A stretch of DNA of 32,000 nucleotides from NCBI RefSeq assembly GCF_000247565.1, contig NC_016893.1, positions 150,001-182,000 on the forward strand, read 5' to 3'. Origin of the DNA: Wigglesworthia glossinidia endosymbiont of Glossina morsitans morsitans (Yale colony). GTDB taxonomy: Bacteria; Pseudomonadota; Gammaproteobacteria; Enterobacterales; Enterobacteriaceae. The position numbers were made by a program, and so were the translations under genes. The notes under the pieces are model-generated. The model was not told the origin of the DNA. It ran no database searches and was given only the letters and a program-made list of their open reading frames with translations. Shown one piece after another: positions 13,829 through 22,571 of the stretch (its first letter is position 1; every line of letters begins with the position of its first letter).

Positions 13829-14866
13829 TTGGAGAAAACAATGATACTTGATATAACAAAAAAAAAAGAGAAAATAGCAAATTTCTGGTCTTTAGTGTTA
13901 TTTATTACTTGTATATTATTGTCTATTCCATTACATTTGTTTCCTTGTTACATTTCTGGATTTATAGCATATAATATAGTATTAAAAATTACTCCATTTT
14001 TTTCAAAAATAATTACTAATTGTCAATTACGTTGGATAATAGTGGCATTAATGTTTATTTTTTGCATTATATTAATAACAGTAATTATTTTTAGTTTGAT
14101 AATTATTATTTTATCTGACTTGCAATATATAATTGATATTTTTACACAAAATACCGATTATTTTTCTAATATTAATAAATATGTTCCAAATAATTTTTCG
14201 TCTTTTTTTTTAGATCATACTAAAAGTTTAAAAGATTATTTTATTGATTTAATTAAAGACAACTTAATTTTAATTAAACATGCAGGAAAAAATTTGTTAC
14301 ATGGACTAATTACTATTTTTATTAGTTTTGTGATTGGAATATTAATTGCTATTAATCAATTAACAGCTCAAAAAAAGAACACTACTCTTTTAATAAATAA
14401 AATTCAAGTACGTTTTGAATATTTTTCAAATTCGTTAAAAGATATTTTTTTTTCTCAAATAAAAATTTCTTTAGTAAATACTTTTTTAACTGCATTAATA
14501 ATATTAGTTATCTTTCCAATATATCGAATACACTTGCCTTTAAGTAAAACATTAATTATGGCAACATTTGTATTCGGTTTGATTCCTATTATTGGAAATT
14601 TTATTTCTAATTGTATTTTAATTGCTTCAGCGCTATCAATTTCATTAAAAATCAGCGGAATAATGTTATTATATCTAGTATTTATTCATAAATTAGAATA
14701 TTTTTTAAATGCAAAAATCATTGGAAATCGAATTCATTCAAAATCTTGGGAATTGTTACTATCTATGCTAATATTTGAAGCTTTTTTTGGCATAGAAGGC
14801 CTTGTAGTAGCGCCAATTTTTTACGCATATTTAAAAAAAGAATTGCAAGTTGCAAAAATTATTTAA
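13829..14866 (+). CDS. AI-2E-family inner-membrane permease (YdiK/PerM-like)
   Basis: 345-aa polytopic protein; C-terminal LIPIIGNFISNCILI...LEYFLNAKIIGNRIHSKSWELLLSMLIFEAFFGIEGLVVAPIFYAYLKKEL matches the AI-2E family; exact orthologue not assigned. Confidence 0.8.
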   Translation: MEKTMILDITKKKEKIANFWSLVLFITCILLSIPLHLFPCYISGFIAYNIVLKITPFFSKIITNCQLRWIIVALMFIFCIILITVIIFSLIIIILSDLQYIIDIFTQNTDYFSNINKYVPNNFSSFFLDHTKSLKDYFIDLIKDNLILIKHAGKNLLHGLITIFISFVIGILIAINQLTAQKKNTTLLINKIQVRFEYFSNSLKDIFFSQIKISLVNTFLTALIILVIFPIYRIHLPLSKTLIMATFVFGLIPIIGNFISNCILIASALSISLKISGIMLLYLVFIHKLEYFLNAKIIGNRIHSKSWELLLSMLIFEAFFGIEGLVVAPIFYAYLKKELQVAKII

Positions 14867-14891
14867 TTGTATTAAAAAAATTAAAATATTA

Positions 14892-17348
14892 TTATTTAAT
14901 ACAGTTAATTAATTTAAAAATATCATTAAAAATACTAGATGCAAATTTATTTTTAATTCTGCTAAAACTTTTTAAAATAATCGGATGTTCTTCTTTGTAA
15001 GAAGTAAAAAAAATAAATATTTTTTCTCCTGATTTTATATTAAATAATGGGTTTAAAGGTCCTACTGATTCTAATTTTACTGTGCATTTTCCTTTCTTAA
15101 TAGTACTAACGTAAGTTAACATTTTTCCTTTTTTTCGAATATTATGAATTTTTCTTTTAAATAAATTATTTATATATATAATATCGTGTAGTATTATATT
15201 TTTACGATCTTTATTTAATAATTTCTTTGAAATAATTGGTTCTACGTCTATATCTTTTAATTCTAATGAATACCCCAGTTCACGTGCGAGAATTAGCAAT
15301 TTTATTGCAGAACTTTTGCCAGTAATTGTATCATATAATTCTTGACGAGATAATCCCATTTGTTCAGCCAATAAGATAATATTATAAAATGGAGTTCCTT
15401 GATTTAATTTATCAAAAATAAGTGATATTATGCTGGATAATATACCTGAAAAATAAAAAAATTTTTTTTCTAATATGAGAAAGTTTTTTATATATTCTAC
15501 AATTGAAAATGGAGTATTAAATTGTGCATTGTAGAAAAATTTTCTATTTGAAAATTTTGCTACATTACGTATCTTTTTATATAAATTAATATTTAAACAA
15601 TTTGATTGTTTATTAGCTGAAATAATATGAAAACCATTTCTTAAAAAATCTAAATATTTTTTAGCTAATTGTTTATTTTGAGTACAGTCTAAAATTATTG
15701 GATTAGAAATACTATTTTTTTTGAGAAAATTAATTAAAATATTTGAATTAAATATTAATTGTGTTTTTAAAAATTCATGATGCCAATGTTTAGGAAAAAT
15801 TCCATATTTTTTAATTAACAATTTTTGCATATCAGATATTCCAAAAATTTTACAACTTATATTTTTTTTTTTAAAAAAATTTCTTCTTTTATAAATAAAA
15901 TCAATTAAATAAGTTTTTATATATTTATTGCCAATAATAAAAAGTGCGATGCTGTTTTTTGTATTAAAAAAAGTTTGATGTATTTTATTCATATCTTTTT
16001 TAATATTAGAACTTTTTAAAACAATAGATAATGTATTTGATTTAAAGCCTCCGTATATAATAGAAATTATTTTTTTATTTATATATGTTAGAATTTGAGA
16101 AAAATTTTTTACGTTATTATTATTTTTTAATATATTGGATCCTAATACAGAAATTAAAAACAAATTTGATTGATATTTAATTTTTTCAAATAAATTTTGC
16201 ATAATTTCTGCATTGAACTCAGATCGAATAATAATTTTAGATTTTTGTAATTCATTTTGAAATATTAATATATTTATATTATTGTTAGATTCTGACTGGA
16301 TAATTGAAATTATTTTAATACCAGAATTTAAAAATATGCGTGTGATACGCAAAGAAACATCTAAAATATACACCGTATATTGTATAAAAATACTTATCAT
16401 TGAAACTTTTTTTAAATAAGTAATTCCTTTAACTAAATTAGAATTTTTGTTATAAAAATTTCCAATTATAGTTCCAATAGAATTAGGACGATATGTATTT
16501 TTTATTAAACAAGGAATATTAAATTTTTTAATTGGAAACAAAGCACGTGCATGCAAAATATGTGCTCCTAGATAAGAAAATGTTGCTGCTTCTTTATAGG
16601 ATAAATTACGTATTAACTTAACGTCGTAAACTTCTTGTGGGTTTCCACTATACATACCATTTACGTCAGTCCAAATTTCGCACAATTGGGCATTTAAACA
16701 TGCAGAAAGAATAGTAGCAGAGTAATCTGATCCATTACGTCCAAGAACTACTAATTCTTTATATTGATTACCTGCAATAAAACCTGCCATTAAAATAATT
16801 TGATTTTTTGGTATTTGAATTTTTTCAATACGATACATTGTCTTTTGAAGATCTATAATAGATTCTAAATACTTACCTTTTGCTAAAAATAATTTTTCAG
16901 GATTTATAACAGTCACGTGTATACCGTTTTCTCGGAGATATATCTCCATGAGTTTCACAGAAATTATTTCACCTATACAGACAATTTTTGCGCTTATCGG
17001 ATGAGGACAAAATTTTAAATTAGCAGTGATTTTTAACAATTTATTTAAATAACAAAATTTCTTGTGAATAAATTGATGCATATAAAAATAATTTTTATTT
17101 TGAGATGAATTAAATAAAGATTGCATTAAAGTAAATAAAATATTTTTAGTAACATTAAATTTCGGAAAAATATCTATTTGTTTACGTGCTTGTTCGATCA
17201 TAGTAAACAAATTATTAGTTACTTTTTCAGGCGCAGATAACACGACAGCAATTTGTTCTTTTAAAGATTTATTTTTTATAATGTCAACTACATTTAAAAA
17301 ACATTTTGCGTTAGAAATTGAAGTTCCTCCAAATTTTAATACTCGCAT
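14892..17348 (-). CDS. thrA: Bifunctional aspartokinase I / homoserine dehydrogenase I; homoserine dehydrogenase domain probably inactive
   Basis: 818-aa ORF; MRVLKFGGTSISNAKCFLNVVDII, HVTVINPEKLF, VVLGRNGSDYSATILSACLNAQLCEIWTDVNG are ThrA-like, as are FSGILSSIISLIFDKLNQG and AIKLLILAREL in the C-terminal domain. Catalytic motif losses described in findings. Confidence 0.93.
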   Translation of the reverse strand: MRVLKFGGTSISNAKCFLNVVDIIKNKSLKEQIAVVLSAPEKVTNNLFTMIEQARKQIDIFPKFNVTKNILFTLMQSLFNSSQNKNYFYMHQFIHKKFCYLNKLLKITANLKFCPHPISAKIVCIGEIISVKLMEIYLRENGIHVTVINPEKLFLAKGKYLESIIDLQKTMYRIEKIQIPKNQIILMAGFIAGNQYKELVVLGRNGSDYSATILSACLNAQLCEIWTDVNGMYSGNPQEVYDVKLIRNLSYKEAATFSYLGAHILHARALFPIKKFNIPCLIKNTYRPNSIGTIIGNFYNKNSNLVKGITYLKKVSMISIFIQYTVYILDVSLRITRIFLNSGIKIISIIQSESNNNINILIFQNELQKSKIIIRSEFNAEIMQNLFEKIKYQSNLFLISVLGSNILKNNNNVKNFSQILTYINKKIISIIYGGFKSNTLSIVLKSSNIKKDMNKIHQTFFNTKNSIALFIIGNKYIKTYLIDFIYKRRNFFKKKNISCKIFGISDMQKLLIKKYGIFPKHWHHEFLKTQLIFNSNILINFLKKNSISNPIILDCTQNKQLAKKYLDFLRNGFHIISANKQSNCLNINLYKKIRNVAKFSNRKFFYNAQFNTPFSIVEYIKNFLILEKKFFYFSGILSSIISLIFDKLNQGTPFYNIILLAEQMGLSRQELYDTITGKSSAIKLLILARELGYSLELKDIDVEPIISKKLLNKDRKNIILHDIIYINNLFKRKIHNIRKKGKMLTYVSTIKKGKCTVKLESVGPLNPLFNIKSGEKIFIFFTSYKEEHPIILKSFSRIKNKFASSIFNDIFKLINCIK

Positions 17349-17623
17349 ATTTATTGCTCTTTAAATAGAAGTTTATATGTAATAAAATATTTTTTATTAA
17401 AAAATTATATTATTAAATACATTTATTATAAAATAATTTAATTAATTTTTATATTAAAAATATATAATATAAATTTTATACTTATTAGTCATTAAAATAA
17501 CGTGCTTTTAGGCGTATAAATCGTAGTATTTTTCATTTATTCTAAGTTAGAATATTTTTAAAAAATAGAATATAATTATAAATAAACAATTTTCATCTTA
17601 TTTTAAGAATAAAGTAAATACAA

Positions 17624-18091
17624 GTGTCTCAAAAGAATAAATTACAGGTAGAAGCTATTTTTCAAGGAACTGTGATCGACCATATTCCAGCGAAAGTTGC
17701 GATTAAATTACTTAGAATTTTTAAATTATTGCGTACTACAGAACGAGTAACGATTGGTTTAAATTTGCCATCTAATCAACAAAATAAAAAGGATTTAATT
17801 AAGCTAGAAAACGTTTTTTTAAATGAAGATCAAGCTAATCAACTATCTATTTATGCACCATTAGCGACTGTTAATAGAATTAAAAATTATATTGTTATTA
17901 GTAAACAAAAATTAAAATTACCTAAAATAATAAATGGAGTTTTATCTTGTCCTAATGAAAACTGTATTAGCAGATGTGAATTAAAATCTTCCGATTTTTT
18001 TGTAAGATTTAAAATAAATAAAATTTATTTACAGTGCAAATATTGTGAAAGAGATTTTGAACATAAAATAGTAATTTTTAACAATATTTAA
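17624..18091 (+). CDS. pyrI: Aspartate carbamoyltransferase regulatory subunit
   Basis: 155-aa ORF (GTG start); KLQVEAIFQGTVIDHIPAKVAIKLLRIFKLL, ITIGLNLPS-like VTIGLNLPSNQQNKKDLIKLENVFL, Zn cysteines CPNENC...CKYC. Confidence 0.98.
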   Translation: MSQKNKLQVEAIFQGTVIDHIPAKVAIKLLRIFKLLRTTERVTIGLNLPSNQQNKKDLIKLENVFLNEDQANQLSIYAPLATVNRIKNYIVISKQKLKLPKIINGVLSCPNENCISRCELKSSDFFVRFKINKIYLQCKYCERDFEHKIVIFNNI

Positions 18092-18270
18092 ATTATAATT
18101 GTATTATTTATTTAAAATAAATAATACTTCATTTAGTAATATATTTGCAATATTTATTATTAAACTAATAGTTAATTAAAAAACTAACTTATATTTTTTT
18201 ATAAAATTTAATAAAATTAAAACATAAACTTGATATACAATATGGAAACTAATTTTTTTGGGAGATAATT

Positions 18271-19689
18271 GTGCACATTGATAACATAATGAATTTAATA
18301 AAAAATAAAAATATTATGTTTATTGATTTTCGATTTACAGATATTTTAGGAAAAGAACAACATCTTACTATACCTGCGCCAACAAAAAAAGAAAAATTAC
18401 ATCAAATTTTTCAAAATGGCAAAATATTTGATGGATCTTCAATAACAGGATGGAAAGATGTACACGAATCCGACGTTTTATTAGTTCCAGATATTAATAA
18501 AATTTTAATTGATCCATTTTATCATGATCCTACATTAGTAGTACGATGCGACATTTTTGAACCAGACAAATCAAGAGATTATAATCGCGATCCAAGATCA
18601 ATAGCTAAACGTGCTGAAATTTTTTTAAAAAAATCCGGAATTGGAGATGCTATATATTTTGGTCCAGAACCAGAATTTTTTTTGTTTGATGATATTCGTT
18701 TTTATACTGATATACACGGATCACAAGTAATTATTGATGATATCGAAGCAGCATGGAATACCGGAAAATACTATGCTAATGGAAATAAAGGATATCGACC
18801 ATATATTAAATCAGGATACTTACCGTTACCTCCAATTGATTCTTCTCAAAATATACGATCTTCAATGTGCACATTTATGAAAAAAATGGATATAGAAGTA
18901 GAAGCACACCATCATGAAGTAGCCACTGCTGGTCAAAATGAAATAGCTACACGTCATAATACGTTAATAAAAAAAGCAGATGAAGTACAAATTTATAAAT
19001 ATATTGTGCATAATACGGCATGTTTATTTAAAAAAACCGCTACTTTTATGCCTAAACCTATTCGAGGAGATAATGGTTCAGGAATGCATTGCCATGTTTC
19101 TATGAAAAAAAATGCTAAAAATATTTTCTTTGGAAAAGAATATGGTAATTTATCGAAACTTGCATTATTTTGCATCGGCGGAGTCATCAAGCATGCTAAA
19201 GCTATAAACGCTTTTTCTAATCCTACTACGAATTCATATAAAAGATTAGTTCCGGGCTATGAAGCTCCAACAATTTTATCCTATGCAATCAAAAATCGAT
19301 CTGCAGCTATACGTATTCCGGTATTTGATGATTCTAATTCATGTAGATTTGAAATAAGATTTCCAGATGCAACAGCAAATCCATATTTATTATTTTCATC
19401 TATACTAATGGCTTTTCTAGATGGAATTAATAATCAAATTTCACCCGGAATTCCAATAGAAAAAAATTTGTATGCTTGTGATACAAAAGCACTGAAAAAT
19501 ATTAATTATATTTCATCATCTTTGCAAGAAGCATTGAATGCTCTTGACCAAGATCGTAAATTTTTAATACAAGGCGAAGTATTTACTCATGATTTTATTG
19601 ATTCTTATATTTCAATACGTCAGAAACAGATTAACAAAGTACGTGCGACACCGGATCCAATAGAATTTGAATTATATTATTTATCTTAA
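18271..19689 (+). CDS. glnA: Glutamine synthetase type I
   Basis: 472-aa ORF (GTG start); [91 protein letters not shown]; Tyr of the adenylylation region (KNLY) present. Confidence 0.98.
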   Translation: MHIDNIMNLIKNKNIMFIDFRFTDILGKEQHLTIPAPTKKEKLHQIFQNGKIFDGSSITGWKDVHESDVLLVPDINKILIDPFYHDPTLVVRCDIFEPDKSRDYNRDPRSIAKRAEIFLKKSGIGDAIYFGPEPEFFLFDDIRFYTDIHGSQVIIDDIEAAWNTGKYYANGNKGYRPYIKSGYLPLPPIDSSQNIRSSMCTFMKKMDIEVEAHHHEVATAGQNEIATRHNTLIKKADEVQIYKYIVHNTACLFKKTATFMPKPIRGDNGSGMHCHVSMKKNAKNIFFGKEYGNLSKLALFCIGGVIKHAKAINAFSNPTTNSYKRLVPGYEAPTILSYAIKNRSAAIRIPVFDDSNSCRFEIRFPDATANPYLLFSSILMAFLDGINNQISPGIPIEKNLYACDTKALKNINYISSSLQEALNALDQDRKFLIQGEVFTHDFIDSYISIRQKQINKVRATPDPIEFELYYLS

Positions 19690-19734
19690 TTTTTTAAAAA
19701 ATAAATATTTTTTAAAATTATAATATAAACTGAT

Positions 19735-20313
19735 ATGACATCTCAAGGACATTTTATATTCAGCTTATCCTGTGCAATTTTTTTAAAAAAAATAGAATTT
19801 TTTCGTACCCTAAATTTAGGAGAATGGGGTCATGTGATATCAGGTTGTATATGCACGTGCTTATTGCCTGATATAGATCATCCTAGTTCTTTTTTAGGAA
19901 AAAAACTATCCTGGATATCTGTCCCAATTTCTAAAACTTTTGGGCACAGAGGGTTCACGCATAGCTTATTTGCTTGCTTATGTTTGTACATAATGATATT
20001 TTCTATACCCTTTGTACGTAATTTTTTTCCTTTAGATTTTTCTTGTGCATTACTAGTTGGATATTTTAGCCATATATTAGCAGATTTTTTAACCCCATTA
20101 GGCGTACCTATTTTTTGGCCATTAAATATTCGATTTTGTATTCCTATATTATCTGCTAATAATTTAAAACGAGAAAAAAAATTATGTATGTTATTTTTAT
20201 TCGTTTCTATTTTATATCCGTTTAGTGAATTTTATTCTTTTAAAAATTTTATAGATTTTCAATTAATTAAAGATATCATAAAAAATATTTATAATTTGTT
20301 TATTGATTTTTGA
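19735..20313 (+). CDS. ydjM: YdjM-family membrane-bound metal-dependent hydrolase
   Basis: 192-aa ORF; MTSQGHFIFSLSCAIF, LPDIDHPSSFLGKKLSWISVPISKTFGHRGFTHSL, GYFSHILADFLTPLGVPIFWP match E. coli YdjM almost block for block. Confidence 0.93.
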   Translation: MTSQGHFIFSLSCAIFLKKIEFFRTLNLGEWGHVISGCICTCLLPDIDHPSSFLGKKLSWISVPISKTFGHRGFTHSLFACLCLYIMIFSIPFVRNFFPLDFSCALLVGYFSHILADFLTPLGVPIFWPLNIRFCIPILSANNLKREKKLCMLFLFVSILYPFSEFYSFKNFIDFQLIKDIIKNIYNLFIDF

Positions 20314-20557
20314 AAAATCAAATAAAATTAAAATATTTCACAAGTTTAACAAAATAAAGTAAAAATAAATTATTTTTATTTAAAAAAACTCGTTTTTTAA
20401 TTCATTATATATATGATATAAAATTTAAAAAAATCTTAAAAAATTAAAATCTTTAAATATCGTACTTAATAAAAAGTAGTAAATATATAATTATTTTTAA
20501 TTTCAAGTAAAACAAATTTTTTTAAAGATAAATAAGATAAATAAAATTTGAGGGTAT

Positions 20558-22204
20558 ATGTGTTCTATATTTGGAATTTTAGGAATTAAAGGAAATTATC
20601 AAGAACTGAGAAAAAAAGCAATATATTGCTCACATTTAATGTCGCATCGTGGTCCGGATGAAAATGGTATTTATACAGATAAAAACGTAATTTTACTACA
20701 TGAACGCTTATCTATTGTTGATATAAAAAACGGACATCAGCCAATCACTAATTCAAATAAAACAAACATATTAATAATGAATGGAGAAATTTATAATTAC
20801 GAAAAAATTAAAAAAAAATTATGTAATCATTATCAATTTCATTCACATTCAGATTGTGAAGTCATATTAGCATTGTATGATAAGTTCGGAGAAAATTTTT
20901 TAGATTTATTAAATGGTATGTTCGCTTTTATCTTATATGATACAAAAAAAAAGTGTTATTTAATAGGTAGAGATCATATTGGAATGGTTCCTTTGTATAT
21001 TGGATATGATATAAAAAAAAATTTATATATATCTTCAGAAATGAAAGCACTTATTCCAGTATGCAAAACTGTGCAAGAGTTTCCTCCTAGGAGTTATTTA
21101 TGGAGCCCAGATGGTATTATACGTCAATATTATTACAGAAAATGGTTTCAATATGAAAACATAAAAGATAAACCTGTAAACTATGAAAAAATTATATTTT
21201 CATTAAAAAAATCAGTAAATATGCATTTAAATTCCGACGTACCATATGCAGTATTATTATCAGGAGGTCTTGATTCTGCAATAATAGCATCTATAACAAA
21301 AAAATTAATAATGCTAAAAAATGGAAAATTAAAAAGAAAGCGATTACAATCATTTTCTATTGGATTGTTAAATGCTCCAGATTTAATTGCATCGAGAAAA
21401 TTATCTAGAATATTAAATACAAAACATCATGAAATAATATTTACAGAACAAAATGGATTAGATGTAATACGTCATGTAATTTACCACGTAGAAACATATG
21501 ATATTACTACAATTCGTGCTTCAATTCCAATGTACTTAATGTCTAGAAAAATTAAATCTTGCGGTATTAAGATGGTGCTTTCCGGAGAAGGTGCAGATGA
21601 AATTTTTGGAGGATATCTATATTTTCATTATGCACCTAGCGCAAAAGATTTTCATGAAGAGTTAGTAAGAAAATTAAAACTTTTGCACATGTACGATTGT
21701 GCACGTGCAAATAAATCTATGTTAGCTTGGGGAGTAGAGATCAGATTTCCGTTTTTAGAGAAAAATTTTTTAGATTTAATTATGAATATTCATCCAAAAC
21801 ATAAAATGTGCCCTAATAAACAAGTTGAAAAATACATCTTAAGAAAAGCTTTTTTTGAATATCTTCCCAAATCCATCTTATGGAGACAAAAAGAACAGTT
21901 TTCAGATGGAGTAGGTTATTCTTGGATTAATAGTTTACAAAAGTTATCTGAAAATGAAATTAGCGATAAAAAATTTGAAAATGCCCGTGTACGATTTCCA
22001 TATAATACTCCATATTCTAAAGAAGGTTATTTATATAGAGAAATTTTTGAAGAATTGTTTCCAATATCTAATGCAACAAAATGTATACCTTATGGTGCAT
22101 CGATTGCATGTTCATCATCAATTGCTTCAAAATGGCGTCAACTAGAACATATGATCCCGGACCCTTCCGGAAGAACATTAGATATACATACATCTAAATT
22201 GTAA
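20558..22204 (+). CDS. asnB: Asparagine synthetase B (glutamine-hydrolysing)
   Basis: 548-aa ORF; MCSIFGILGIKG with Cys2, MSHRGPDENGIY, NGEIYNYE, PYAVLLSGGLDSAIIASI, VLSGEGADEIFGGYLYFHYAPSAKDFHEE. Confidence 0.98.
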   Translation: MCSIFGILGIKGNYQELRKKAIYCSHLMSHRGPDENGIYTDKNVILLHERLSIVDIKNGHQPITNSNKTNILIMNGEIYNYEKIKKKLCNHYQFHSHSDCEVILALYDKFGENFLDLLNGMFAFILYDTKKKCYLIGRDHIGMVPLYIGYDIKKNLYISSEMKALIPVCKTVQEFPPRSYLWSPDGIIRQYYYRKWFQYENIKDKPVNYEKIIFSLKKSVNMHLNSDVPYAVLLSGGLDSAIIASITKKLIMLKNGKLKRKRLQSFSIGLLNAPDLIASRKLSRILNTKHHEIIFTEQNGLDVIRHVIYHVETYDITTIRASIPMYLMSRKIKSCGIKMVLSGEGADEIFGGYLYFHYAPSAKDFHEELVRKLKLLHMYDCARANKSMLAWGVEIRFPFLEKNFLDLIMNIHPKHKMCPNKQVEKYILRKAFFEYLPKSILWRQKEQFSDGVGYSWINSLQKLSENEISDKKFENARVRFPYNTPYSKEGYLYREIFEELFPISNATKCIPYGASIACSSSIASKWRQLEHMIPDPSGRTLDIHTSKL

Positions 22205-22312
22205 AAAAAAAGATTTTATCTGCAGTATACAACTAAATGAACTAAAAATTTTTAATTTATTGTAAAAATTAATTGACTTCTTACATAATTACTGCGCATA
22301 ATGCGCCCTGAT

Positions 22313-22386
22313 GGCTACGTAGCTTAGTTGGTTAGAGCACGGCACTCATAACGCCGAGGTCACAGGTTCAAATCCTGTCGTAGCTA
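22313..22386 (+). tRNA. tRNA-Met, elongator (anticodon CAT)
   Basis: GGCTACG...CGTAGCT acceptor, anticodon loop CTCATAA, T arm ACAGG-TTCAAAT-CCTGT. Closest to metT-type elongator; position 1-72 is G-T and 31-39 is A-C. Confidence 0.93.
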
Positions 22387-22391
22387 ATTTT

Positions 22392-22474
22392 GCGGAAGTG
22401 GCGAAATTGGTAGACGCACCAGATTTAGGATCTGGCACTCAAAAAGTATGCGAGTTCGAGTCTCGCCTTCCGCA
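22392..22474 (+). tRNA. tRNA-Leu (anticodon TAG)
   Basis: Acceptor GCGGAAG/CTTCCGC, anticodon arm CCAGA-TTTAGGA-TCTGG, long variable arm, T arm CGAG-TTCGAGT-CTCG; CCA not encoded. Confidence 0.97.
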
Positions 22475-22485
22475 CATTTTTGTTG

Positions 22486-22556
22486 TGGGGCATAGCCAAG
22501 AGGAAAGGCAGCGGGTTTTGATCCCGCGATCCCAGGTTCGAATCCTGGTGCCCCAG
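22486..22556 (+). tRNA. tRNA-Gln (anticodon TTG)
   Basis: Acceptor TGGGGCA/TGCCCCA, anticodon arm GCGGG-TTTTGAT-CCCGC, T arm CCAGG-TTCGAAT-CCTGG, discriminator G. Confidence 0.97.
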
Positions 22557-22571
22557 TAAATAAATTGAAAA

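Noticed and set aside
14892-17348. thrA as a conventional pseudogene
   Set aside because: No stop or frameshift in 818 codons and structural blocks are conserved to the C-terminus; treated as translated, possibly with an inactive domain.
18993-19190. 65-aa minus-strand ORF
   Set aside because: Antisense within the conserved core of glnA.
21954-22145. 63-aa plus-strand ORF
   Set aside because: Out-of-frame reading within the 3' part of asnB.
22313-22386. CAT-anticodon tRNA as tRNA-Ile2 (lysidine-modified)
   Set aside because: Acceptor, D-arm and T-arm match the metT-type elongator, and it occupies the metT position of the asnB-linked cluster.
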